The notes under the pieces were generated by a model. It worked only from the letters and a program-made list of their open reading frames with translations, searched no databases and had not been told where the DNA came from. Positions 1 to 12,960 of a stretch of 64,000 nt of DNA are shown here, piece after piece (the first letter of the stretch is position 1; each line of letters starts with the position of its first letter). The stretch comes from Guillardia theta CCMP2712 (Eukaryota > Protista > Cryptophyta), in assembly GCF_000315625.1 (NCBI RefSeq), contig NW_005434566.1:168356-232355 (forward strand), in the 5' to 3' direction. The translations under genes and the position numbers were made by a program.

Positions 1-290
1 TCAAAAGCTAGTATCTCTACCCCTCATGTTGTTCCCTCCTGTTTTATGCTTGTAAATTTGAAATCCTAAGCATTACCTCGTAAATTACAATGAAAGTTGA
101 CACAATCACGACATTGACGCGAGTGCGATGCAAAGGACACGCCAAGGCTTGCAGCATTCATTATGCAATCACTTGAAAGTCTTGCTCCCTCTCCTCTCAT
201 TCCCATAGCATCCTTCTCTCACTTCCCTTCTACTCCTTTGCGTTCATTCTCCTTCCTTTCTCTTGGCTCAAGGTTGTCATCTTTGCGTTG

Positions 291-3200
291 TTAGCTGATC
301 TTAGCAAGAACAAGAAAAGGTTTGAGCTCCTCAGCACCTACTCAAACACAGTCAAACCCTTGACATGCACACACCAAACTCGTCAAGTCTCACTCTCAAG
401 TAACAGGAAGTCTTGATCCAAGTACGCGATCTGCAGAGTTTCTTCACTTCTGCCTGCCTCATTGGAAGCAAGACACCTCATACTCCTGCGACTTTTCTCC
501 GTCCGCAGCGAACGTGAAACTCAGCACCTTGTTGCCCACTGGCTTCCATGAACCCCTCGCCTCCACCCCATTGCCTATCACGGTGGCATCACATAACTCG
601 CTGCGATCAGGAAACAAATGTGGGCATGAGAGTAGGCTGAGAAGAAGAACACCATGAAGAAAACAAACAAGAACAAAAACGAACAACAAAGACAAAACAA
701 ACGACTGAGAGATCAACAAGACCAAGACGATGAAATAGAAACCGGATTGGTTGGCTTTCATCTCAACAACAACATCCTTTGGCTCCTCCCTGCCTCGCAT
801 CGTTAGCCCGCACCCTCCCGCTCCTGACGCGCTGCAGTCACAAGATTGAGCATGTCGCTTCCAGTGGCGCTCGTTTCAACTAGGAGGGAACTTCAGTGAC
901 AGAGAGGAGTCGAGCTCATGCGATCTTCTTACCTGGTCGTCACTCTCACTGTCACTGAACCTGCGCCGTCAACGTCAGGGCTGAGAACAGAAGAAGGGGA
1001 AAGCACAACAGTTTCTCCGAGCGAGCGATGGCTCGGAAACTGCGTGACATGTCAGTGCATGACACAGAGGAGAAGAAACACAATGAGGCGATCGCTACGC
1101 CCCATCAATCTTGTGTGAGCATTCAGATACGAGGACAGGAGGAGGAGGAGGAGGACAGGAGGAGGAGGAGGAGGAGAGGGAGGAGGAGAGGGAGGAGGAG
1201 GAGGAGGAGGAGGAGGAGGAGGAGGAGGAGGAGGAGGAGGAGAAGTGCAATTCAACTTTCCTATTCAAGTTCATGGGATGGTTCAAAAGCTGATATTTTC
1301 CTGCGATGACCTGATACATCATCAACACAATCCAAGAACAACAAAAGAATATCAAATAAGAGAACACAAGGAACATCGGATCAGAACACATGTTTGTAAA
1401 ACCAGTACAGAAGCATCAAGACAATTGTGAGAGCTCAGCACAAGATAACACATAACAAGGAAACAGTTGTAGATCGTACGATGATTCACCTCAACTTGTT
1501 TGGTCGGAGCTGAGAACGGGTTGACGCTGTCATGGAGGGAGGAACAAGTCAACATGTTTCCATCTCATCCGGACAATCAGCAGACACTAACGTCTTGAGC
1601 TGCTTGAGAAGATCGACAACGTTCTGGTCAGGGATCCCCTTGCTGCAGCAAATCAGATCAAAGTGAGAAAAGCAGACAACAGTGAGACGAACAACTAGGT
1701 GCTCTTTACATGGGCTGAGAAATCGGCCATGATGAGAATAGAACAAGACGGGGAGAAGGAGATGATCGTGGAGGGAGACGGGAATGAGGAGGAGGAGCAA
1801 GAGGATCAGGAACAGAGTAAAAGAAAGAGGGGGAGAGGGGTTGGAGATAAGACGAGGGAGGAGAAGAAGGGAGATATAAAAAGCATCCAAACATGAATCG
1901 AACAAACCTGGACAGGAGTTGCTCTCTGATCAATTTTTTGGTCATTCTAGAACAGACACAACTCGTGACAAGAGGTCAACGCATGAAAGAAAAGAAAAAA
2001 TGGCGATGACGATTACGATGGGGATGATGGTGACGATGATAACGATAGGGATGAAGAGTATTAATGGTGCTATTTGTGGTTATGGCAAGGAAAGAACGTG
2101 GTTGACAAAGGGAATTGAGATACTTGTCACCGACGAGATGAGATCAGTTCAGATGAGATCAGATCAGAGGAGATGAGATGAGATGAGATAAATGAGATGA
2201 GATAAGATGGGATGGGATGGGATGGGATGAGATGAGATGAGATGAGGGGAGGTGAGGTCAGGAGCAACAAACCTCAACATCTTGGCATATTGTTGGATGG
2301 AGGCCGTGTCCCCGATGCCTTGGATGTCGTCTTTGGCGGCAAGGAGGAAATTCTCTCCTGCACTTTCATCGCTCGTCTTGTCTTGACCTGCACTGGCTTC
2401 TTTCTTCCAGTCGAGCTTCTTGTCTCTTGACAACAACTCTCGTCAAGAGAGAAGGGCTGTCAGACACAACTCACGAATATTCCTTCTTCATCATCGTCTG
2501 AAGTTTCTTTCCCTCATACAAAACCTCCGTCTTCACCAACTTCTCGGCTGTATCCTGGCTGTTTGCAAGCAGACCAATCACCATCAACATCAACAAATAC
2601 ATACTGGTTGCTGATGCCATACTGGTTGCTGATGCCATAAACATTCTTACCTTTCAAACTCAATGCATGCAATCCCATCAAAAACTCCATGTTTCGCTCG
2701 TTCCATCCGCACACTCAGCACCTTTACCCACAGAGCCTCCAATCAGCCGCGTTCGCAACTTCCCCCATCCTCTCACCTTGCCGTACTTCGAGAAGAACTT
2801 CTGCAGCTGCTGCAGAGTCGAGCTCTCAGGCAGAAGACCAACAACAACACTCTTGTCAAGGGTCTTGTCTTGTGTCGGTATCGGAGAAGTCCTCCGTATC
2901 ATTGTTCCTTCCGCGTTCACCTCCACCGTCTTAGAGTCCCTCACACTATCGATCATCATCGACGTCGTCGCTCCCATCATTGACAACCTCTTGAACTTTG
3001 CGATCAGCCCAAGCGAGACCCACCCCTGCGGGTCCTCGGAGATCTTGTTCATCAGGAAGGTATCTCGCGGAAGATTGGAGTCGCTGAAGTAGAACTCCAA
3101 CTGTTCCCTGATCTGCTCGAGCTTGCTCTTTCCGTCTGCCTCTGAACTCCCTCCTCCCACTGCCTTGTTCTGGGTGATCCGCTCTGCCCCATCAGATGCG

Positions 3201-3761
3201 CTCATACCGCGGCGCAAGCTCCGAGCAAAGCGCAGAGAGTGTGGGTTGGTCGGCTTGCCGAAGGAAGACATTTGATTGGAGGTTGTTGAGAAGTGCTGAA
3301 AACATCGCATCAGTTGCTGTTCTGTCGCAGATGAGCAAACGATGAAAGATCCAAGTCGTTACCTTGATCGAGCTCCGAGAGACGAGAGAGCAACTCTTGC
3401 CTTGTAACAGGAAGCCTTCTGAATTCAGAATGAAACGACTGGTCGGTGAGGCAAACAAGAGAAAACTCGGCGCTGCAGACTAGAGTGTTAGCCAAGAACA
3501 TTTCACACAATGAAATCTCGTCACTGACATAGCAATGTTACAGAGACATGTTGGGGAAAGTGAATGAAGATTGTGATGGGGATGCAGATACAGAGAAAGG
3601 ATTGGAAAAGTTGGAGAAGGCAAGAGAAGAGAGGGGAAGAGAAGCAGCAACATGGCACAGCAGCATATCTTCATCATCTTACATGTTCTCATCAGCATTG
3701 TTCCTTCTCCCTTCGCCCCTGCCGCCATCGCTGCCAGCATGACCGTGATGCGCCCCGCCAT
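291..3761 (-). CDS. Multi-exon La-motif + RRM + PAP/fibrillin-like fusion protein with a putative bipartite (signal + transit) leader
   Basis: Phase-consistent GT-AG exons: 3683-3761, 3363-3472, 2777-3316, 2651-2721, 2475-2558, 2273-2425, 1908-1946, 1592-1642, 1490-1526, then from 1310. La motif QLEFYFSDSNLPRDTFL...GWVSLGLIAKFKRL. RRM VVVGLLPESSTLQQLQKFFSKYGKVLSVRM...FDGIACIEFESQDTAEK. Fibrillin-like NVVDLLKQLKTVNPFSAPTKQVEVIAGKYQLL and terminal TLQIAYLDQDFLLLE...PFLVLAKIS*, with stop at 291-293. Exons between ~450 and 1260 are less certain. Confidence 0.75.
1139..1241. repeat. (GGA)n microsatellite in an intron
   Basis: Directly visible run. Confidence 0.95.
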
Positions 3762-3924
3762 TAATGGATGAGATGACTGCTAGTTGATATCCCCGGTGTT
3801 GCTAGTGTAAATGATCCAAAAATTTCAAAAACCATGAGCTAAAATTGCAATCAATTACTTCTCAAAACTTCAAAAACACAAATTGTATTTGAAATCTTTC
3901 AATCTGTGGATAGCAGGAGCTGAG

Positions 3925-4250
3925 GCGGACTTGAGGAAAGTCTCATGTACCCCCTGCATTCCCCATGAGTACCCACCCTTTTCTAACCACCAACGATCTC
4001 ATTTCGTGGCGCTCCTCTATGTCCCACAGCACCCCCATCAGCTAACCCCAATAAAAGTGTACCCCACCCACCATTGAATTGCGATATTGAAAATGTACCC
4101 CTTCATTTCAGCGGTAATCACCCCTTTTTGACATTGAAAATGGCACAATGCATGTACCCCGTACCCATATGAAGATACCCCCACCCTGAGGGTTAAACCC
4201 TGTCAAAGTTATTAGGCGCCATGCAGGGCTTGAACCAGTAACCACGTAAG
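3925..4250. promoter_or_regulatory. ACCCC/GTAC-rich island between divergent gene starts
   Basis: Repeated gtacccc, acccacc and cacccc between the ATGs at 3761 (-) and 4586 (+). The regulatory role is inferred. Confidence 0.45.
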
Positions 4251-4585
4251 CGAGGCATGCGCTGATACCACTCCACCACCACCACCTCCTCCTCCACCAC
4301 CACCACCACCACATCTTGCTCCTCCTTCTGAACTATACGCACCTTCTGTTGATCCTTCTCCTGCTACTTCTCCAACTTCCCCTGCTCCATCCCTGATTCT
4401 CCGACAGCTGCTTGTGCAGCGCACTGCTCATGCTCATGGTCCCGATCCTGCCTTCCTGCTCCGTTATCTCTCTTACTCACCGATTGTGCAGACGTAGTTT
4501 CTCCTCATTCCTTCACTTCTGATCAACGAGCTGCCTGGAAGCGCTTCCTTCAGTTTTCCTGAGGCTTCAGCAGCTACACAGGACC

Positions 4586-5998
4586 ATGTCTCAGACTGGC
4601 GGGCTGGTGAACACGGACATCACAGCCAAGAGGAACGAGTTCTATTTCTATCCCCCCAAGTTCATAGACAACTTCTTCAGGAGGTCCTGCAAGGATGAGC
4701 GGGACATGCCTCTAATCTACCTCTTCTTCAACATCACATGCCTGACGCTCCCAGGGGCTGCTCTGGTGTTTTATCTTGGGACCAACATGGCAGGAGCCAT
4801 CTACTTCCTCATCAACCTCTTCACCTTCCAGGAGCGATTCACACTTGGCCTGCACTTTGCATCGCATCGCAGTCTGTTCCGCTCGCCATGGCTCAACGGC
4901 TGGGCGCCGTACGTGCTCTCCCCGTTCTTTGGCATTCCCAGCGGCATCTACTTCATTCATCATTGCATCATGCACCATGTTGAGAACAACGTCTTCCCCT
5001 GGGACGTCAGCTCCACTGAACCATACCAGAGAGACAACTTTCTGCACTTTCTGCACTACTGGATGAGATTTCTTTTCGCAATCTGGTTCGAGTTGCCATA
5101 CTATGCGTGGAGGAGAGGAAGAAAGGAGCTGGCCGTGTACGGAGCATGCTGCGTGCTTGGATTCATGACCGCGATGTACTTCCTGTATCAGGCGAACAGC
5201 ATCGCCACATTCTGGGTGTTCCTCCTGCCGACATTTGTATGCTCGCTGCTCCTGAGTAAGATGGCGAATCTTGTTGCTTCACGTTGAGTGTGATTGTGAT
5301 GGTGGCAGTGTTTGGAAACTGGTCACAGCACATCTTCGTGGATCCCAAGAAGCCTGACTGCAACTATCACCTCACTTACAACATCATCAACACACCTCTG
5401 AACCAGAAGACCTTCAACGACGGCTATCACCTGGAGCACCATGTACAGTCCCGCCGTCACTGGAGTGAGGTCAGAGCACGTCGATCGCGGTTGCATGCTC
5501 CGCCCCTCACTCTGTGCTGTTGCTGCTGCAGCTTCCTGAGTCGTTCATGAAGAACATCGACAAGTACGTTCAAGAGGATGCAGTTGTAATCTTGCCTTCT
5601 CCCGCTGCAGCAGCGTCTTGATTTGCCATCAGGTCTTCTCGGGTTTGGATTTCATGGCTGTTGGGATGCTCGTCATCTTCAGGCAGTACAAGGTGACGAA
5701 CAGCTGATTGTTCTCATCGTCCTCCACTTTCAGCTCTTCCTGCCATGTGAATGGCATTCCCTCTGTCCCCTTTTTCACGCATCGGCATCTTGATTGATCA
5801 GCACTGAAACTGAAGTTGTTGGTCCACAGGTCCTGGCCAACCGTTTTGTACAGCTCAAGAGCCCTCCTCTCAACCAAAGTCAGGTTTGTATCGTCCTTGT
5901 CTATGAAGATTCACTTGTTATCGTGTCTTACCTCGCATCTCCAGATTGAAACTCTTCTGCGGTCCCGCCTCGTTCCTATCAATCGCAAACAGCAGTGA
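4586..5998 (+). CDS. Membrane His-box fatty acid desaturase-family protein without a cytochrome b5 domain
   Basis: His boxes HFASH, HHCIMHH and YHLEHH plus transmembrane segments. Exons 4586-5255, 5309-5469, 5532-5586, ~5633-5692, ~5830-5883 and ~5945-5998, ending IETLLRSRLVPINRKQQ*. Confidence 0.9.
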
Positions 5999-6293
5999 TA
6001 CAGTCTCTGGCTTGTTCGCCGGCAGGCATCACAGAGCTTGTTCCTTATGTTATTCTTTGAGAGTTTTGTTTCGAGTGACAAAGATGCTGGAGAGGAAGAA
6101 GGATTCCTTGCATGTTCGGGCTGAGAGTTTGTGGAGGAAAACAGTTGAAACTTAGGCTCGAAAAGAAGTAAGGAAGGAGGGTTGAAATAAAGTGTCAATG
6201 GTGCGTGTATCGGCTCTATCTGACGACAATCAAGCAAATGATTTAGAGAGAACATTTATCCACAGCTTGCAAAAGGAAAGGATGGAAGAGACG

Positions 6294-7580
6294 TTAGAGA
6301 AAAAGAGCAAAAAGACCTCCCAGTATTCCTCCACATGACAGCGGGACCTTGAAAGCTGTCAGATTGATCGCATTCTCCTCACCCTCCTCTTGTTCATTTG
6401 ACGCTCTTCGCATACTGACTTTCACTTCTCACCATAGCATCTCTCTCAAACAGGTTCCACCACTGCTCTCTCTGCTACCATTTCAATTTTGTCCTTGCTC
6501 TCCTGTGTAGCATTGATACTTCCTTCTTCCTATCGATACCTCCTCCTTCATACTCTCACCTTGCCCTATATCGTCTTCTACTCTCCCCCCCCCCCTCCCC
6601 ATTCGCTCAACCTCCCCAAACCAGATTCCTTCCCCTCACTCCCCTCCTCCGTCCTTCCTCACGTTTGTTCGCAATATCACTCGCTCGATCCTCTTCCACA
6701 CTTCCTGCGAGCAGTCGATCAGATGAAGGTACAAACAAACGAGGGGGGGGAGAGAAGAGAAAGACGAAGGCGAGTTCGAGGGTATGATGGAGGATTGAGA
6801 CTGAGCGTGCAGAGGACTCCGGGAGAGACAAGGAGGAGGAGAGATGAGGAAAAAGGATGAAGAAGCGGCACCTTAGCATCCTTTGCATCAATGCTGCCGT
6901 CCTGATTGACATCCAACATCTGACATGAGCGTGGCATGTGACTCCATCGTTCCTCTCCCCATCCCCCCGTCCTCTTCCTCACCCGCTTCGCCATCCCCCG
7001 GAACTTGTCTCGGTTATGCGTCATCCTCTCGATCACCTCAACAGAGCCCAACACCTCAGCTGGGGGACCAGGCGGGCAGGAGACGGGCTCACCTCATCGT
7101 AGTCCAGCCCTGCATAGCCGAAGAACACAGCAGCAAAGAAGCTAAGGCTGCTGAGGATCAACATCTGATCTCACTGTCTTACTTCCTTCCAGACCTCACG
7201 CCCTCTTGCTCACCTTGACGACGCTGATTGCTAAAGACCTGACAATCTTTCCCACAAGGTATCCGACAACTCCCCCTGATCAACACACCCACATGTCAAG
7301 AAAAGAATCTCCTTCCTCCCCAGATCCCTTGACCTGACAGGAGCATCTTGGTAGACTCCCCGTACTTGACTTGCAGCTCCCTCAGGGGATGCTTGCTAGT
7401 TGAGATGGTTTCCAGGATGTCTTGTCCAGCCCCCTTGAAAACCTGCGAACATCAATATCAGCTTCATTACAATGCACAAGCTATCACCTCTTCCAGCCCT
7501 TCATCTTCCTCGTCCTTACTGTAGCTGTGCACAGCCAGCAGCAGGCACATGAGGAGAAAGCATTTCATCCCCCACCTCAT
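6294..7580 (-). CDS. FUN14-like membrane protein with a signal-peptide-like N-terminus and one EF-hand-like loop
   Basis: Spliced product MRWGMKCFLLMCLLLAVHSYS...GGVVGYLVGKIVRSLAISVVKMLILSSLSFFAAVFFGYAGLDYDE...MLDVNQDGSIDAKDAK...LSCGGILGGLFALFL*. The G-x3-GY, LDxNxDG and GG-x2-GG-xF motifs resemble FUN14 proteins. Confidence 0.65.
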
Positions 7581-7995
7581 GTCTGCAGAGGAAAGAGGGT
7601 GAGAAGAGAACGCTTGTTATTACCCCAAGAAAGTTGTTCCCTCAAAAATGTCAAACTCCGCAACATACTTGTTGCTGATGTATCTTTGGAGATAACCCAG
7701 TGTCTATCTTTCTCGTTCCCTTGCTCCCAATTTGTTTCCTCCAACTAGCAGCAACATCATACCTCCTTTCCTTCAGTCTCTCTATACTCCCATGACTTCC
7801 AACCCAGTCCCCGTCCCTCCTGCTCTTCATCAACCATATCATATTCCTGTCTCTATCTCGCATGTCTCGCACAACCATTCAATTCACTCCAGTCTCCCTA
7901 CTTGTACTTCTCTTTCTTTATCCCTGCTTGCCGCCACAACCCACCGCCTTTCGCCTGCTATCCGCTATCCCTCGACACAATGTTCCATTTCCCCT

Positions 7996-8017
7996 CCTGC
8001 TGCTGCCGCTGCTGCTG

Positions 8018-8055
<38 letters not shown>

Positions 8056-8059
8056 ACTC

Positions 8060-8098
<39 letters not shown>

Positions 8099-8160
8099 CC
8101 TCTCCAACCCCCCCCCACTACCCCCCTACCCCTACGCCTACGCCTACGCCTACGCCTACC
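7996..8160. repeat. Compound (GCT)n/(GCTCCT)n/(ACGCCT)n microsatellite
   Basis: Directly visible. Confidence 0.9.
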
Positions 8161-8435
8161 CTTCCTCCTTTTCCTCTTTTTCCTCCTTCCCTCCCTCCTT
8201 CCCTCCACGCTCCCTCAGGCCAGCCGTGGCTTCAGCCCTCAACCAGTCTCAACATCACTCTATCGCTCTCTTTCTCCCTCCTCTATCCTTCCTTCCTCCC
8301 TCCCTCCCTTCTACAGCCAGCTCTCCTTCTCCGCGTGTTTCTTCCTATCCTTCCCCGCCCCTCCTCTCCATCCTCCTTCCCCGCCCCGAGCATCCGCTCG
8401 CATATAAATTTTGGTACTTCACCTAGCCCTCCCTA

Positions 8436-9178
<743 letters not shown>

Positions 9179-9842
9179 TTAAGGGAAGAGCTGAGGAGAG
9201 AGGGAGAACTTTGGCTGTAAGAGCGAAAGTTGATGCGAGCAGGGAGATGAGGGAGGGATAATGATGGCATGGAAGTCACGAATGCATGCGGAGAACGGAA
9301 GTCGAAGATGACTGGAAGTTCGGATTTAGAGAGTTTAAACGCATGAGTTTCAAGTGAATAGGATGAGACAGGTGGTATGATGTGAACATAGAAGATGTTG
9401 ATGACAGAGAGGCTGTTCAATGAAGGATTATAACGACAATTGAGAAGGAGATGGATAAAACATAATGGATTGGAGGGTAGATCTTTCTTGGAGAGCAGAA
9501 GAGATGGAGCATGCAAGTTCAAGAGGTAGAGAGAGGTAGGAACAGAGTGCGTGAAATGAAGACTCTTTGATGCTGCAGATATCTGAGCAGCAGAAGACAG
9601 CGGTCAAAGAATTATTTACTTTTGAGATGAACATCGTCGTTTGATATAATTCCTCAGCAATACCTGTTTCCGTTGAATGTAGTGCAAGTATACAACAGTG
9701 TCGTTAATAGTACACACAACTTCATTCGTTCATAAAGCACAATGCAGTTGTTCTAGAAATACTTGGTAAAGAAAAGGCCAACAATTCCTGTGCTGTCTGT
9801 TGCGAAAGATGAGCATGCAGCTTTAGAGCGTTTCATCATCAG

Positions 9843-10930
9843 TCATCTTCTTGCATCGCCATGTCCTGATCTTCGCCCAGCGCTGTTAAACTCATCGTCA
9901 AAAACGAACAGAGGACGTGCTGCAGGATGACCTCTTCCGATGTATCCCTTCCTTAGCCTGTTGCAATTCTTCTTCATCGAATCCTTGTCGTAGATGTACC
10001 TGAGCATTCAAAGATTACACAAGCAACCTTCACACAGGCCAACTGCTGCACCTGTAAGAGTACATAAAGTCCCTCTTCCCAGGATCTCCGTTCCTTGGTC
10101 CCCGTGTCCCCTTCATCGGCTGTTAAGGGGCTTCGTCAGATTCCCGGAAATCGTGGATGAGAATGGGGCGAAGTTCACGGTGTCGAACAAGCTGAGGAGA
10201 AGTAGGAAGAGAAGCTTACCTTGACGCCAATCTGTCGCAGGAGCTCATAAACAGGCCCTGTGGGCTCCTTAATGTCCTTTCTTCCGTTGACCAGCCAGCA
10301 TCTGTTCTCATCGTAGGCAACCATGTTCCTGATCGCCTGGTTGAACTCGTTGAGATCCTTGACCTGCATCTCACTGAACCCCAGGATGCTCTGCTCATCA
10401 TCCACGCTTCTGATCAAGCGGACGATCCCGTGTTGCTCAAGAACGTGCAATAATTTCATGAGGTCCATAATCCGGTTTCGAGCATTTTGCTTCATTTCTA
10501 TGCCAAGCTTTTCTTGCACGAGTCTTTCCAGAGCCAAGTTCGCATCCACCTCTTTCATCTTCAAGATGCACTCAGCCGTCATATCATAGCAGCAAGAGGA
10601 TTGTCGTGTTTCTGGCATCGACGCTCGATTGGACTTCAGATGATCTGTGATCGCGTTTTCCATGCTATTCACGATTGTGAAGCGTTTCTTAGACCAGTCA
10701 ATGAAACCCATAGAGTCATCGGGCTTGCCAAGAGTCAAGCATTGGTGATGGTCGGGAAAACCAAAAGGAAGAGAGGAGGGGCATTGAGTTTGGCCTATTT
10801 CGAAACACTCGCGATTCTGCGTCAAGTGATTCCCTTGAAGCACAGCAGGATTCAAGCTAGCATTCATCTGCACAACAAAATCAGTCATTTCCCATCGAAG
10901 CATGCATGTAAGAGTCAGAAACTTCTTCAT
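9843..10930 (-). CDS. Uncharacterised protein with a basic C-terminal domain (possible nucleic-acid binder)
   Basis: The 251-aa ORF ends at a GT donor after KEPTGPVYELLRQIGVK. Phase-consistent small exons give LVRHPDEGTRGPRNGDPGKRDFMYSYRYIYDKDSMKKNCNRLRKGY...*, with stop at 9843-9845. The 5' end is uncertain. Confidence 0.6.
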
Positions 10931-11439
10931 GGGGCGGGAGAACAGATGGGTTGAATGCTGGTCCTACTCCAGCAACGCAATACCCCTTGATCTGAAACGT
11001 TGGCACGAGCTACGACTGGCGCGAAAGGGTCTAGAGCACGAAAAGGACTAATTCGGTGCATCATGGCTGGCATGAATTGAAGTGTGTGATGAAGGGCAAA
11101 GAAACCATGCGAATGAATCTAACATCGACCCGAATGGTCACGTTGGGGCGAGTGGCGCACGAGGACAGAAGGGCATCTAGCAAAGAGGATGAGCTGAGAC
11201 AAATACAAGTGGGATCACGCTACGAAGCATTACAGAGGATCTTGAAGGGAGCTAAGGATAGGATCGCGACTGAGGAGCAGTCAGAATCAGAGGGTGGAGA
11301 TAGGGGAGATACAGAGGTTGGCGTCCTCTCAAAGGGCCGGAAAAGGAGCTGGGGGAAGGAGGATGCGACGGAGAGGGATGATAGTGGAGGCGGAGTGAAA
11401 ATGCAGGGGGTGGGGTGGCATTGGTCACTGTCACGGGAA

Positions 11440-12960
11440 CAGTCAGAAGTATCCAACGGGGGTGATTTTGAGTATATCAGAGGGGTGGGGTAGTCCAGGA
11501 TTGGCCTCGGATCTCAAGATAGGATTGACAGGGGGGTGGTGGATCGCTGGAGGGGTGGGGTGATTCTATGTTGGGAAATGTTAAGGGTGGGTTCTGGTCT
11601 AACCTCTACAGGTGGGTAGTAATGAAGGTAGTAAGAAATGTGCGGGTAGTCTCGGAAGGTTGTTCGGCAAGTTTGTAGGACACAGGGGTAGAGGTACCTT
11701 TCAAGAGCAAAATGTAGGGGTACTCTTGGGTAAATTAGAGGGTAGTACTAGGATGCATAATCTGCGGAATCGATAAGTGTTTAAGGTGGGTGGGTAGGGT
11801 GATAGGTGGCTCGGACCAGTACGACGCTGGGGTCGTGCGTTCATGGTACGTAGAGGTTGGGTACTTTTTCTTTAAATCAGGGGTAGGGTTTTTATCTGGA
11901 AGGCATCCGAATCCAGGGGTGGGTCCTACCGGGGAGCCGTGATGGAGAGGCACAACCAGCTCATGATCACCCCCCACCCCCCTTATCTCCAGTAAAGCAG
12001 CAGAGAAGGAACCCCCTCTTTAGACCCTCAAAGGCGCATATTCTCACTGGGAGATAGGGGTAAATCTCAAGAAAGGGGTAGTTTGATGCCTCCTTCGCTC
12101 GCCAGCGGCTAGCGTCACAGGGGGGGTAGAGTGCAAATATTTATTGGATCCCACTAATCAACAACGCCCAGTACTTAGGAAGCGCTTTTCGCACGCATGT
12201 TCCCCTCGGAACCCATCGTGAAAAAATCAACTGGTCGGTCACGGCGTGTGTTGAATGCATCATCACCCACCCTTTCTATCACTCCCTCATCAAGCTGAAA
12301 ATGGGGGGTATTCAGGAAACGCTCCTTTGGTTGCGGTCAAGCATTGCAGAGGACCACCCACCCTTCTGACTCCTTTTCACTATGGGAATTGGGGGTGTGT
12401 AAAAGTGCCAGGGTAGCGACAGTGGTGTAATATCTTGTCTAGGTCACGGCGCAGCACAATGTCAGCTATGGCTGGTCACGGCAGCTGCCAGTCAGCTACC
12501 TCCGTAAATCAACCCCTCTCTACCTATGACGTGATTAGGTATAGAGGGGTGGGGTACAATAATTTCTCTGATTGCGTCAACGTCTTCGATGAATATCAAC
12601 CACCTACCCATTGGAGTTTTTTTGACCACCCTCCACCCCTCAAATCAGGCTAACCACGTGGGCTTCTTCAGAATTGTCACCACCCCACCCTCGAATTTCT
12701 CCGTCCTCTGTAAGGAACTTTTTTTGTTTTTTTTAACGACCCTGAAGCGTCCCGCACGGCTCGTGGTAAGAGTCTCAAGGCAATCACTACCCCCACCCCT
12801 ACCTCCTTAAAAATCAGATCAAAGACCCCTCCCTGATGGAGTGTGCCGGTAGTAAGGGTCTTGTGGTTTCCCTAACAGTGCAAAGCATGTACCTCCACGC
12901 CGTGACGCTACTGATACCACCCCTATCCCTCCCAAGGGGGTGATTCATGCCGTGACCGCT
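11440..12960. promoter_or_regulatory. Long GGGGT/ACCCC-rich non-coding island
   Basis: Dozens of ggggt, gggtggg and ggggtac words, mostly G-form to ~11960 and increasingly C-form after that. No credible ORF. Confidence 0.5.

Noticed and set aside
11056-11493. 145-aa + strand ORF
   Set aside because: Non-ATG start, no motif, and it runs into the GGGGT island upstream of a minus-strand gene.
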